64,000 nucleotides of DNA from Lytechinus pictus (Eukaryota), in the NCBI RefSeq assembly GCF_037042905.1, contig NC_087245.1, forward strand, positions 27,962,001 through 28,026,000, in the 5' to 3' direction. Positions 45,401-53,821 of the stretch are shown here, in pieces. The position numbers and the translations under genes were made by a program. The notes below the pieces were generated by a model. It made no database searches, was not told the DNA's origin, and saw nothing but the letters and a program-made list of their open reading frames with translations. Position 1 is the first letter of the stretch, and each line of letters begins with the position of its first letter.

Positions 45401-48400
45401 TACAACAGGTATATATTACTTCAAGAATGATGTAATACTTTTCATAGTATATGGCTGTAAACTTCAGTATTTATTTTATAAACTTCAGTACTTGATATAT
45501 TAAAAATAATGACTTGTTTGCTTTTTAATTCCGATATCTTGTATGCCTTCTTTCTCTGTGATCATTCTGGCTGTGATTGCATTTTGAACACTAAATTTGT
45601 TTATGATTTGAAAGAAACTATTTGGATCATATCTTTCAGGATCATCTGGTGGCAGTTTGGGTGGTACAGGAGGACGAACCTTTGACCAGGCCATCCCAGC
45701 CCCACCCCGAGGTTCACTCTTCGATCCTCTTGACTTTGGAAGCTGTGGAGGTCAAAACTCTATTGATCTAGATTCCTTGGGGTATGGTGGTGGAATCATC
45801 AGTCTTACAGCACCTATTCTAGATCTGAATGGAGCAATCCTTGTGGATGGTACATCCTCTAAAGGCGGGCGCAATGGAGGAGGCAGTGGGGGTTCTATCC
45901 TCATTAAAGGTATTTGAATGCCATCCCTTGGTCCCATTTCATCAAGAGATACAAGTGTTGAAGATTTGTCATTATGGCAACTTCCGTGGTCACATGGTCT
46001 ATCAACCAATCATAATCAAGTTTACCATGGTAATTTCCACAATAGCAAGTGCAATAGTTTTAATTTGTATGAAACAGGCCCTTGACGATAACTGTGTGTA
46101 AGGCTATAAAAAACAATCACTATCTCAGTACATTATTCATGTTATTACATGTATATCCATCATTGGAGTAGGTTGTCCTCTGGGAATGGAAATTTAAGTC
46201 AAGTCAAACATTTTATTTGTAGGAAAAGAAATCAAGACAGGAAATATATTGGTATCTGAGTACAAGTGATTTCCTCCATTAAAAAATCTCTATTTAGCAT
46301 TTTGTTAAAAAATGGTATGTAGGCAAAATTTTTTTCATTAAGGGCTTCATGTCTATTCATAATTTTTCAAATGTTGAGGTAGAACTAGCCACTCTTGAAT
46401 TTGAATTTAGTTTCTTCAGTGTAAGGACACGTTGCCATTGGTAGCAGCAGTGGGATGCATAGTATATGGAGGTCAGATAAGCACTAAAACAAACCTTTTT
46501 TTAAGGGTCCAGATACTGTTTAAGAACCTCTTTTCATTTTAAAAAATGTAATGGGACCCACCTACTCTACGCCTTTATGGATTTACAAGAAATATCTCCT
46601 TTTCCCTCTAGTTTCTTCACTACAAGGTCAAGGTTCATTGTCAGCCATTGGTGGCAGCGGTGGGATGCATGGTGGCGGAGGAGGTGGAGGACGAATAGGC
46701 ATCCACTTCAATAACAATACCTTCCATGGTGATCTACAAGCCACTGGAGGTGACAGTGGCTATGAAGTAGGAGGTGCGGGGACTGTTTTGTTCTTCAACA
46801 GAGCTTCCGATGAAAAGACATTGATGATTGACAATTCTTTCAAGACTCCTGGTCCACTTGCAAGTTCTACGGATTATGATATTACTGGGAGTGAAGAGAG
46901 TTGCCGCTCTTGGCTTCTACCTGCGTTTGATGGCGATGATTATGTTTTTGATGAGTTGGTCCTGAGGGGAAGAGCCCATTTAGCTATAGCTGGTGGTGAT
47001 CATCCCAGCATGAATACTACTGTGAGAATTAGGAAGACTTCAGGGGATGCTTCAGGGATCTTCCATGTGGGTCCACATCAGGTGAGTTGCTCTTGTATAC
47101 AGTCAAGTTTGAGGTGATCAAAGTTTTGCTTGCCTCCTGGGACCAATTACTCACAGTAAAACTTAATTATTTTATACCTCAAAAAGTATGTATTTACATT
47201 TCGAATGTGTATATGTACATGTATGCTGAAAAAAAGAAGGTTTGGTTGTCCCAATTAACTGCTTTAGTATATTATTATGGTGAATAGATTAAGACATGTC
47301 CTCAAGGTCAATTGAGATTTTTTTACAGATGAAAACATTTGGATATTAATGCTTTCGTAGTTGAGTGCCTTTCACACTAAGTAAAATGTTGTCTTCTGTA
47401 TGTACTTAAGTAAATAAATTTCTCTCTCAAGGATCTCAACATTGACCTTCCATCTGAACACCCACGTGTTGCTTGGGGTGTGCTCCTCAACCCTTATGGT
47501 GACCTTGAAATGCCTGCTGACCTTGAAGTCCATGGAGTAACCTTTGAACTTGAAGGGCAACTACATAATGTTCGAAACCTCATCATTGGCCATGGTGGTG
47601 TAGTAAACATGAGGTGAATAATTATTGTTAATCCATGTTAAATCAATTAAAATGGTGTTTTACATGTAACTTAAAGTTTAATCTATACAGTTTTGCAGAT
47701 TAGAATATTTCAATATCGATGCTGCTACTCAAAGGTTTGCAAATTGGTAGGCTACTTGGTTTTAGTTTTGATAAAATGGATACAATTAGTTATGACAAGA
47801 CAACTTCACTGTGTCCCCTCATGATGAATTGATGCTAGCTGTTTTACTGTATGTCACTGAAGTTAAATGTTAAATTGAGAATCAGTATTGGCCTTTTGCA
47901 TCATCAAGAAGCTATTGTGCTCTTTCTGTTGAAGTGAAAGAAATTTCAGTATATTTGAAGCAATGTCTACCTTTGAGCAATATACCAATGTGAGGCACAA
48001 GTTATACCAGACACTTAATGATAATGGTTAATCAAGTGATAATTTTTTCAATGTATTCCATGGGGATTAAAAGAAAATATTAGTAGTAGTTGATAATATT
48101 TCATGTCTTATGACTATTCAATGCTAATAATATGCAACATTTATATAATGATTAATGTCTGTGCAGAATGTTGCTAAGTGTTGCATACTATTACCCCAGT
48201 TTTAAGCATGTCTACATGTTGCATATCTGACATTCCAAATCAAAACTGAAGTCACAAACTGAAAATTATTTAAAACCAATATCATACTTGAAAATTTATG
48301 TCTCGTTTTTGATCTTCAACTATTTACCAGACCATACACAAATAGCACTGCAGGAATATCACACGCTCTACACTATGACTCGATCATAATCAGAGGTGGA

Positions 48401-51400
48401 GGCAAACTAGTTGTGGAAGGTGGAGAAAAAGGCTTCAATCTCCATGGAAACACCCTCATTGTTGAGAGCGGTGGTATTCTTGAGGCAGACCACCTTGCTT
48501 TAGTGGTGGATGATCTTGTCGTAGAGGAATTGGCAGTGATTGATTTGAATCACATTGTAAGTTCGTGAATTTCAAGTGAAACTGTAATTGAACAAGATTC
48601 TTGTGTTGAGCATCCTAACCAGTTGCTTTGTTCCCAATCAGGGCGTTGTTTATTTTATGGATCTTTTCAGTGTTTACCTATTCATGTTTTGTCCATAATG
48701 TTATGAAGTAATTTCTAATTGCATAAACTATAATGACATTACTAAATTGTTAGTATGCTTGGAGAAGCCTGTGCATAACTCCTTGTCAAGGTTGACATAG
48801 AATGTGGTGTGTTTAGGTAGCCGGCAGATTGCCCTAATAGGATAAACAAACTTCCCTCTAGTACAAATTATGAGGAATGGCGATGTGACCTATATAAGCC
48901 ATTAGTGCTATATTGAAAAGATTTTTTCTGTTCAAAGATAAACTGCTCTTAGAAATGTATGAAGTATTAATAAAAATGGTATCTATAAAGTCTGATATAA
49001 TATAAAATATTATGAAGTATCGTTGGGAAGAAAGTAAGAATTGCAATGATAATGGGTCCTGGATATGGTTTGAAAAAAAAAAAATTGCACCCAGCATGAC
49101 TCTATTCTTATTTTTTCTGTTGTATCCTTACCTTTTATAATGCATTGTTTGTTGAATTATATTGATAAGCAATATATATTTACATAATTAAACGGTTTTT
49201 TAATCATGTATTAAGGTCTCCAAATAAAGTGAGATAGGTTTTATAGCATAATGTACAACAGTAATGAATGTTTTATTTCTCTCAGTCACAGTTTACTGAG
49301 GGTCAAGGGTCAGAGGTCACTGGGGCAGGTCATGGAGGCTTCGGAGGAGGCAGTGAAGATCATCCTGGAGGAATCGCATATGGAGATGCATTCCGCCCAT
49401 CTCACTTTGGCAGCATTGGTGGTAGTGATGATGTAATGGGAGGTGGAATACTACATGTAGATGCAAGAAACAACATACAAATAGATGGTGAGATCAGGGC
49501 TTCTGGTATCGTAATCTTTTATTTTTACTGCATGTTTTACAAACTGAATTCTCTTTTAGAGTGTAGCAATCACCTGAAACAAGAGTTATAAACTGCAAAT
49601 ATATACAGACATTCTATAGATAATTGTGCAGGAGTGTACAAGATAGCATCTGGGATACCATGAAGCTTTCGTCAGTCCATAGTCTGAGCTTGGGACAATG
49701 CAAGCCCCTATGTAGACAAAATTTAACAGGTGCATTAGAAGTACATGTATGTTTGCAAGTCATGTTTTAATATCTTGAAATGGTGTAAAATTTAATCATG
49801 TATTACCTCACTGTAGAAGTAATTAATGGAAAAAATCATTTTGTATTTATAATATGTTAACATTGAATGTCACAGAGGAGAATATTCATTGGTGTTTGGA
49901 ACACAATAGTTCAAGAACAAAAAGTTTAATTATCCAATCAATTTCCTTTCAGGATGGGCATAATTGTATATTGGTACATAAAATAATATGATTTCAATGG
50001 CAATAGCCATCAGGTATGTCAGAACCATATTAATTTATGCAAGCCTTACTTTGGTGGCAGTGGTGGGATTGTACACTCAACTGTTATGAGGTCTTCCTTT
50101 ATGTAGAAATTATGCAGTATTTGAGTAAATTGCAGATTAGATCTTGCTCCATCTTTAACTTTGAAGGGGAATTTCAATTGTGACTGAATAATATAAACAT
50201 TAAATATCTGCATGAAGTAAGGCAAGCTTAGATGAGTCAGAAATAAAAACAAAATAAGCAATGTGAATTAAACAAGTACTTATGTGACCTTAGGCACTGT
50301 CAGGTGTGATGGAGAAAGGGGCATGGATAGAGCTGAAGGAGGAGCCAGCGGAGGGAGCATTCTCCTTGAAACAAGAATCTTTACAGGATCAGGAAGTATC
50401 CAGGCAAATGGAGGGAGAGGTAAGTATTTCAACCAAAAAAATCATTATGAGATGGATTTCCATGTGTTTTACACATTTTTTAAAGATATTTGATTTAATT
50501 TGATAATGAAGAATCAAGAAGAGACAACAGCATAATTAGAACAATGTACAGAGATATGGATCCTTGTTCTTATTGTGAAGTCATCTTTATTTAAAAGGGG
50601 TATGGTTTGGTAATAGTGAATTTATTTGTAAAGGACCTTTAATTAATGAATAAATGAAAACATGAAAAAATGTTATCTTTACTCAGGCTTTGGAACAGTC
50701 GGAGCAGGAGGAGCAGGAGGAAGGATTGCTGTCTATTACACCGAACACTCATTTGTTGGTCAAATGGTAGCATATGGAGGAGTGGGATCTAATCTGAAGA
50801 ATGGAGCAGCAGGGACAGTATACCAAGAATCCAGGAATCCATTGTCTGTCCATAGAACTCTTCTTGTGGACAATAATGGCCTTCAGGTTCCTGATGTAAG
50901 TACCCTTAATCAGTTCACTCAGAATGCTTTTGATGTCAAGTCATGTGTAGTGCTCATGTGAATTGTTTAACGTGTAGATGTTTTTTTTAAGTGTAAGGTT
51001 ATTATTGTAGTTGCAAGTTTTCGTGAACACTCAAAGAATGTGCATATTCTAATATGATATTTAGAATGATTAAGTAACCTCAATGAAGAGACTGATTACC
51101 TCTAAGGAAGTTTTTGATAGGATACAATGTGATCTTACTTTTTGTATGTGGAAAATGTGGATCGTAGAATTATTCCGTTTGAGTGACACTTGCCCTTTGC
51201 CTGTGTCTCTTTCCAGACTATGATTACTGATTACAACAATCTCCAGACTGTTGGAACAAAGACCTGGTTCCCGGCAACTGCCAACAACATGGAGTTTGAC
51301 GAACTAACCCTGCTTGGAAATGCCCATCTTGCATTTGAAGCCATTGAAAGTTTGACATTGATTGTTGCCAAAGTCATTGGTCCTTCAGTCCATGAAGGTT

Positions 51401-53821
51401 CCTTTGGGACACTCCACATTGGACTATACCAGTCGTTTCAACTGAATGAAGTTGACATTATTCTGCCATTCAACCTGAAGCTCTACCATGATGCTACTCT
51501 CACAATCCTCCCACCTGGTGTCACCTTTCAGTCAAGCCAGAACTTCATCAATGGGAGGGTAATTGGCGGTGGAGATGTAACGGTCATTGATGCAGAGTTG
51601 TCTTACGGTCAGCATGCAAGGTCTGGAAATACTCCAGAAGCTACGATTGTACTGCATTCATTACAGATCAGATATGGTGGAATCGTATCATTCCTAGATG
51701 GTATTGAAGAGTACACTATTAGGGCTGGAACTGTTAATCTGTCTCCTGGAGGTATTCTGAGAGGAAGAGCTTTGCTAATGGAAGATGTGGACACACTAAC
51801 TATTGAGGAAACCGCCATTCTGACAGTAGATCATGCTAATCCTTTCTCTCAGAATACTGGTAAGCAGTCAAATCATGTCTCATTAGCTTATAATGCTGAA
51901 ATACATGTAGAAGTTTGCTTTGTTCCTTTATAGTTTTTCATATTGACAGAATATGAGGCTCCACTTTTCTTACAAGGAATTTGTTCACAAACAGAAATTA
52001 TTGATGATAGTATTAGCTGGATTTATAAAGTTTTTTTTTTAAATGCCATGATTATTACCCCATATTAGCTGTGCTGCCCATTTAGGCGCTCAAGAATTCT
52101 AGGAATTTCTTCCTACCGGGTACCTATTCACCTCACCCGTGTTGAGTACAGCACAATGTGGGTAAATTTCTTGCTGAAGAAAAACACGCCATCGCTGGGA
52201 TCGAACTCACGTCCCTCAGATTGAAAGACGAGAGTTATAACCACTAGATGCATTGACTGCTTACTGTCGCATTTGCACCCAACGATAGCATCATGGTACT
52301 CTTGTTCTGTTACTGTGTTATCTTTAAATAAGTTGGTTTCATTGGGTGTAGATTTTTTCAGACAGTTTTTATATGAAGTTATTTTTATACATCAAGAGAA
52401 ATTTAATCTTTTGTATTTTGGCTTGGCTTAAGTATGATATACGTTCTCTTTTGAATGATTTGAAGAATTTAGGTCTGGCTCTGGTGGAAGCCTTGGTGGG
52501 GAAGGAGGATATGGACACGTCACCAGCACAAGAACATACCCCATCACTGATATCAGCAGTCCAAACCTGTTTGGTGAACCTGGACAATGTCGATGGAACC
52601 CCTGTCTAAATGGAGAGTCCCCAGCTGGAGGTGGGAAGTTACTTATCAAGGCACATACTATCATCAATAGGGGCAACATTAGTGCAAGGTATTCAGAATT
52701 ATATTTCACCTACCTAGAAGCTTTTGGAGGATCATTCAAAAGTCTTTCATGTGATAAAACGGCTTAGCCCATCTTTTATCTGTGAAAAGAAGATTGTTGC
52801 AAAGTAGATCTTAATGTTAAGATTGCGCAAGAGACCGGTCATTCATATATTCTATATTTATCAAAGACTGGTGATGAGTAGTCATGATTAAAGTTTAATG
52901 ATCACTTACAGTTTACTATATTCTGTTTGATAAAAAAACTTAGTACACTTCTCTATGTTGCTATGCAAGTATTTATTTGTTACCATGGATGGTAACATTC
53001 ATATCATGTTAAAGTAAAACTTACAAACAGAATATCTGTAGTTAAATTGATGTGATATGTGTAATAAATTATACATTATTTACAAAAAATACATATCATT
53101 ATCATTGTTGGTTCACTTTGTTTTTCCACAGTGGAGAAGATACTCCCAATAGTATGCAGGCTGGAGGTGGGTCTGGAGGAAGTATCTGGTTAGAGTGCAC
53201 AAATATTGACTCTACTGGTAAGTTAATTATCACACCTCTTCGCCTCTATGGATCATATAAATTGCTTATAAAGAATATGTACTTTATAAGAAGAAGAATG
53301 CATTGAAATTTTAAGTGATGTAATGCATACTTAAGTTTTCATTTTACATGTATGTACATGTATTTGTCATTTAAATTGATACTTTTGTTAATTTCTAAAA
53401 AGATGATGCAACCATTCAAATATTTTACTCAATACATAGACAAGAGTGAATAAAAAGAACTTTTCTCAATTTGGTGCATTAAATTGGATATAGCTAATCA
53501 TATAAAAAGAAATAATGATAACATATTTTGGCATGGTTTGGATAACAATGTTTCCATCCTTCAGTGTGTTGACACATAACTGAGTGAAGTGGGACCAAGA
53601 CGGAATATTTTTTTTATACTGGTCTTTTCATAGGTACCATATCTGCAGCTGGTGGTGTTGGTAGGGAAGGAGGAGGTGGGAGTGGTGGCCTGATCAAGAT
53701 TTCACATGAAGTTGGGTCTATCTCGAAAACACCAAGGTCCTGTGGAGGGCTGGGGCACCAGACAGGAGGTCCAGGACTAGTTATGCTTGAACAGAAACTG
53801 ATTGGAACATATCACAAAATG
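269..53821 (+). CDS. Giant multi-exon gene (partial at both ends): 52 exons, 3,864 aa in window; Gly-rich/beta-solenoid tandem-repeat protein, probably extracellular
   Basis: All 51 introns are GT..AG and exon phases match throughout (sum 11,592 nt, divisible by 3, no internal stop seen). Recurring motifs GA(S/G)HGG, YGxxxxPxxFGS, DGxIxAxG, GGSGGSI, GGGGRIA, GAAGTVY, LxVDN, FDE..GxAH, GD.TG..H.G..Q. Many N-x-S/T sequons. Confidence 0.9.
1020..1193 (+). CDS. Exon 2 (GASHAGLGG...YGNLYNPRDFGSGG; Gly block of unit 1)
   Basis: cag|GT...ATC G|gtaag. Confidence 0.9.
1709..1861 (+). CDS. Exon 3 (GGTLQIQ...DGTIMA...GGSGGSILI)
   Basis: tag|GT...ATT G|gtgag. Confidence 0.9.
2343..2727 (+). CDS. Exon 4 (GAGGRIAIY...GAAGTVY...LKVDN)
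   Basis: cag|GT...TAT CC|gtaag; within ORF 2327-2731. Confidence 0.9.
3453..3630 (+). CDS. Exon 5 (inserted galactose-binding-like domain, LTFDLG)
   Basis: tag|C CAT...TTC AGG|gtaag. Confidence 0.85.
4001..4224 (+). CDS. Exon 6 (...AALSEIEIF...)
   Basis: cag|GTG...TCC AG|gtaaa. Confidence 0.85.
4495..4657. mobile_element. Palindromic MITE (GGG..CCC ends, CWG flanks; PIF/Harbinger-like)
   Basis: ctggggcccgtttcatagaggacttgcaact ... agttgcaagtcctttatgaaacggggccccag; degenerate relatives near 35732-35885 and 45925-46082. Confidence 0.75.
4780..4958 (+). CDS. Exon 7 (RTWI...FDEVYILGGAHLAF...GDTT)
   Basis: tag|G TAT...ACT G|gtaag. Confidence 0.9.
5904..6052 (+). CDS. Exon 8 (YIHLGFKQ...)
   Basis: cag|GC...GGA AAT|gttag. 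Confidence 0.85.
6073..6324. other. Assembly gap (N run)
   Basis: Run of N. Confidence 1.
6325..6705. repeat. (CTA/CCA)n microsatellite, interrupted by N gap 6488-6625
   Basis: tactactac repeats between and after the gaps. Confidence 0.95.
7029..7220 (+). CDS. Exon 9
   Basis: cag|GTT...ATC ACT|gtaag. Confidence 0.85.
8216..8384 (+). CDS. Exon 10
   Basis: cag|GTG...TAT G|gtaag. Confidence 0.85.
8440..9014. mobile_element. Remnant of a TA-flanked Tc1/mariner-type non-autonomous element
   Basis: Right end ttttttgtgggacgcactg|ta; internal inverted pair ~8465 and ~8715; left end not found. Confidence 0.4.
9491..9631 (+). CDS. Exon 11 (GGGHGGSGG...YGSIYDP; unit 2)
   Basis: tag|GT...TAT G|gtaag. 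Confidence 0.9.
10190..10462 (-). mobile_element. tRNA-derived SINE (degenerate)
   Basis: Antisense B-box-like gggtttcaaaccc and head aaccactagaccacaac; similar copies ~21700-22008 and ~52050-52248. Confidence 0.7.
10511..10666 (+). CDS. Exon 12 (GGRGGGALK...DGIISANG)
   Basis: cag|GT...GCA G|gtatg. Confidence 0.9.
11190..11363 (+). CDS. Exon 13 (GGSGGSVW...GAGGRVAI)
   Basis: tag|GA...GGA G|gtaag. Confidence 0.9.
11992..12733. mobile_element. piggyBac-like non-autonomous element, truncated at one end; inverted relative of 62826-63575
   Basis: Ends ...ttttaggg|ttaa; body is reverse-complement similar to 62826-63575. Confidence 0.75.
12806..13056 (+). CDS. Exon 14 (GGAGTVYL...TWL...FDE)
   Basis: tag|GC...GAC GAG|gtgag. 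Confidence 0.9.
13089..13575. mobile_element. TIR MITE (TGTGAC ends), copy 1
   Basis: tgtgacctgccacccccaaaaccaacaataagtcg ... cgacttattggtggttttggggtggtagtacaca; homologous to 36103-36552. Confidence 0.75.
13969..14147 (+). CDS. Exon 15 (IHLHGNAHVA...GDRSAVIHIG)
   Basis: tag|ATT...TAT AG|gtaaa. Confidence 0.9.
14599..14800 (+). CDS. Exon 16
   Basis: cag|A TAT...GTG AAG|gtaaa. Confidence 0.85.
15577..15703 (+). CDS. Exon 17
   Basis: tag|ATG...TCA G|gtatg. Confidence 0.85.
16144..16371 (+). CDS. Exon 18 (GSGAGHGGRGG; unit 3)
   Basis: cag|GA...GCA G|gtgag. Confidence 0.9.
16688..16852 (+). CDS. Exon 19 (EGLLHANG...GGGSGGSLLL)
   Basis: cag|GT...AGC G|gtaag. Confidence 0.9.
16878..17178. mobile_element. 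MITE with TTAA target duplication and AGG..CCT ends (Kolobok-like)
   Basis: ttaa|aggtcaagtccacccc ... ggggtggacttgtcct|ttaa. Confidence 0.8.
17265..19350. mobile_element. ~2.1 kb non-autonomous DNA transposon, TA-flanked (Tc1/mariner-like), no ORF
   Basis: TIR cacaacaaaaaaagtaagtccccc / gggggacttacttttttgttgtg, with ta on both sides. Confidence 0.8.
18838..19003. mobile_element. Poly-G/poly-C MITE nested in the 2.1-kb element, 5-bp direct repeat CAATA
   Basis: caata|caggggccggggaag ... cttccgcggcccgtg|caata. Confidence 0.75.
19610..20087 (+). CDS. Exon 20 (GSGGRGAIY...GAAGTFY...LVADN; start of second inserted domain)
   Basis: cag|CC...AGT GG|gtaag. Confidence 0.9.
20613..20757 (+). CDS. 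Exon 21
   Basis: cag|T TGG...ATT AGG|gtagg. Confidence 0.8.
21309..21473 (+). CDS. Exon 22 (...ASLRNVEIL...)
   Basis: cag|TTT...GAC AAG|gtaat. Confidence 0.8.
21700..22008 (-). mobile_element. tRNA-derived SINE (degenerate) with upstream (TAA)n tail
   Basis: ggtacccatttacctcacctggg core, gggattcaaact B-box-like, (aat)n 21662-21735. Confidence 0.65.
22068..22299 (+). CDS. Exon 23 (GDHTGQI..GQ)
   Basis: cag|ATC...TAT G|gtaaa. Confidence 0.85.
22762..23815. mobile_element. TTAA-flanked long-TIR element (Kolobok-like) carrying a nested MITE
   Basis: ttaa.aggg.ggttcaccct ... aggatgaacttttcct|ttaa; ~100-bp imperfect inverted arms. Confidence 0.6.
22971..23583. mobile_element. Nested MITE (CCGTA ends) with repeated tactagtattcaacc motifs
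   Basis: accgtatgggtactagtattcaacccg ... cgggttgaatactagtgcccttacggt; motif present five times across both orientations. Confidence 0.75.
23902..24092 (+). CDS. Exon 24
   Basis: Weak aaag|GT acceptor required by phase; GCC CAG|gttag. Confidence 0.7.
25019..25189. mobile_element. Palindromic MITE with CTG target duplication (PIF/Harbinger-like)
   Basis: ctg|gtgggtgtttcataaagctgttcgtaagttaagag ... ctcttaacttacgaacagctttatgaaacggcccc|ctg. Confidence 0.8.
25278..25383 (+). CDS. Exon 25
   Basis: cag|ATG...GAT G|gtagg. Confidence 0.75.
25900..26139 (+). CDS. Exon 26 (GAGHGSNGG...YGSFMTPDTFGS; unit 4)
   Basis: tag|GA...TCA G|gtaaa. Confidence 0.9.
26156..26518 (-). mobile_element. Full-length tRNA-derived SINE, same family as 60978-61342
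   Basis: Reverse complement of the 60978 copy (head, core and AT-rich tail). Confidence 0.9.
26658..30667. mobile_element. 4.0-kb fold-back non-autonomous DNA transposon (TAG..CTA ends, 3-bp TAA duplication; Academ-like)
   Basis: taa|tagtagaccggccaaaa ... ttttggccggtctacta|taa; >1-kb inverted arms built from a ~623-bp tandem unit (gcatcccagctaaaagtcttgc at 26726 and 27349). Confidence 0.8.
28096..28330. mobile_element. hAT-type MITE with 8-bp target duplication, nested in the fold-back element
   Basis: catagaaa|cagtagcgtaccta ... taggtacgctagtg|catagaaa; truncated relative begins at 29151. Confidence 0.85.
31130..31315 (+). CDS. Exon 27 (GGGSGGSIWI...GAGGRVAVY)
   Basis: cag|GT...TCA G|gtaaa. 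Confidence 0.9.
31717..32346 (+). CDS. Exon 28 (GGPGTVYL...DELHVYGGAEVA...GDRTG)
   Basis: tag|GT...GGA G|gtgag; overlaps ORF 31740-32402. Confidence 0.9.
32856..33001 (+). CDS. Exon 29
   Basis: cag|GG...TTA CAG|gttag. Confidence 0.85.
33977..34088 (+). CDS. Exon 30
   Basis: tag|GTT...GCA G|gtatc. Confidence 0.85.
34670..35290 (-). mobile_element. L2/CR1-group LINE 3' fragment with (CATA)n tail
   Basis: ORF 35049-35315 encodes YGDKAF...PKLWNKL...FKSLLKTHLF, a typical ORF2 C-terminus. Confidence 0.75.
35386..35681 (+). CDS. Exon 31 (GASHGGEGG...GGASGGSI; unit 5)
   Basis: tag|AA (NAGNAG, alternative start 35389)...TCG|gtaag. Confidence 0.9.
36103..36552. mobile_element. TIR MITE (TGTGAC ends), copy 2
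   Basis: tgtgacctgctaccccaaaaaccaacaa ... ttgttggtttgggggtggctggtcaca. Confidence 0.75.
36594..36806 (+). CDS. Exon 32 (GGGGRMALY...GASGTVY)
   Basis: cag|GCA...TCA CAG|gtaca. Confidence 0.9.
37857..38120 (+). CDS. Exon 33
   Basis: cag|GTC...TAC CAG|gtatg. Confidence 0.85.
38430..38739 (+). CDS. Exon 34
   Basis: cag|GAT...ACA G|gttgg. Confidence 0.85.
39565..39797 (+). CDS. Exon 35 (GASHGGRGG; unit 6)
   Basis: cag|CA...GGT CAG|gtgag. Confidence 0.9.
41084..41234 (+). CDS. Exon 36 (GGGIIKL...DGEILASGG...GASGGSI)
   Basis: tag|ACG...ACA G|gtaaa. Confidence 0.9.
41510..41765 (+). mobile_element. L2/CR1-group LINE 3' fragment
   Basis: Translates to GYGDRAFSSIAPRIWNSLPSSLR...LKAHLF; tail gcgcaatataaat. 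Confidence 0.75.
41953..42164 (+). CDS. Exon 37 (furin-like Cys-rich insert)
   Basis: cag|GG...ATC AAG|gtagg; CVPHCSSCDPERRCLQC...CVDDC...HC. Confidence 0.85.
42800..43283 (+). CDS. Exon 38 (GSGGRIAI...LIVDN...GDGTGLVHI)
   Basis: cag|GAA...AAA G|gtaat. Confidence 0.9.
43834..43943 (+). CDS. Exon 39
   Basis: tag|CT...ACC AAG|gtatg. Confidence 0.85.
44519..44695 (+). CDS. Exon 40
   Basis: cag|GGA...CTA AAG|gtagg. Confidence 0.85.
45285..45408 (+). CDS. Exon 41
   Basis: cag|GGA...ACA G|gtata. Confidence 0.85.
45640..45909 (+). CDS. Exon 42 (GGSLGGTGG...PLDFGS...GGGSGGSI; unit 7)
   Basis: cag|GA...AAA G|gtatt. Confidence 0.9.
46612..47081 (+). CDS. Exon 43 (GGGGRIGI...GGAGTV...FDELVLRGRAHLA)
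   Basis: tag|TT...CAT CAG|gtgag. Confidence 0.9.
47432..47613 (+). CDS. Exon 44
   Basis: aag|GAT...ATG AG|gtgaa. Confidence 0.85.
48331..48556 (+). CDS. Exon 45
   Basis: cag|A CCA...CAC ATT|gtaag. Confidence 0.85.
49286..49487 (+). CDS. Exon 46 (GAGHGGFGG; unit 8)
   Basis: cag|TCA...GAT G|gtgag (possible alternative donor after 49505). Confidence 0.85.
50294..50419 (+). CDS. Exon 47 (GGASGGSILL)
   Basis: tag|GC...AGA G|gtaag. Confidence 0.9.
50687..50895 (+). CDS. Exon 48 (GAGGRIAVY...GAAGTVY...LLVDN)
   Basis: cag|GC...CCT GAT|gtaag. Confidence 0.9.
51217..51859 (+). CDS. Exon 49 (KTWF...FDELTLLGNAHLAF...)
   Basis: cag|ACT...ACT G|gtaag; within ORF 51190-51933. Confidence 0.9.
52050..52248 (-). 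mobile_element. tRNA-derived SINE fragment
   Basis: Similar to 10190-10462; gggatcgaactc B-box-like. Confidence 0.65.
52466..52688 (+). CDS. Exon 50 (GSGGSLGGEGG; unit 9)
   Basis: Phase requires the gaag|AA acceptor rather than ttag ending at 52472; GCA AG|gtatt. Confidence 0.75.
53132..53217 (+). CDS. Exon 51 (GGGSGGSIWL)
   Basis: cag|T GGA...ACT G|gtaag. Confidence 0.9.
53634..53821 (+). CDS. Exon 52, last exon found (GGGSGGLIKI...GGPGLV); gene open downstream
   Basis: tag|GT...AAA ATG|gtaag. Confidence 0.85.

Noticed and set aside
50010-50106. Possible extra exon with FGGSGGIV
   Set aside because: The frame hits TAG, no compatible splice pair was found, and exons 46-47 already join correctly.
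269-53821. Assigning a known gene name (e.g. tenascin, ALK/LTK, fibrocystin)
   Set aside because: No EGF/FN3, kinase or IPT/TIG domains were seen. Only generic glycine-rich similarity, so no symbol is given.
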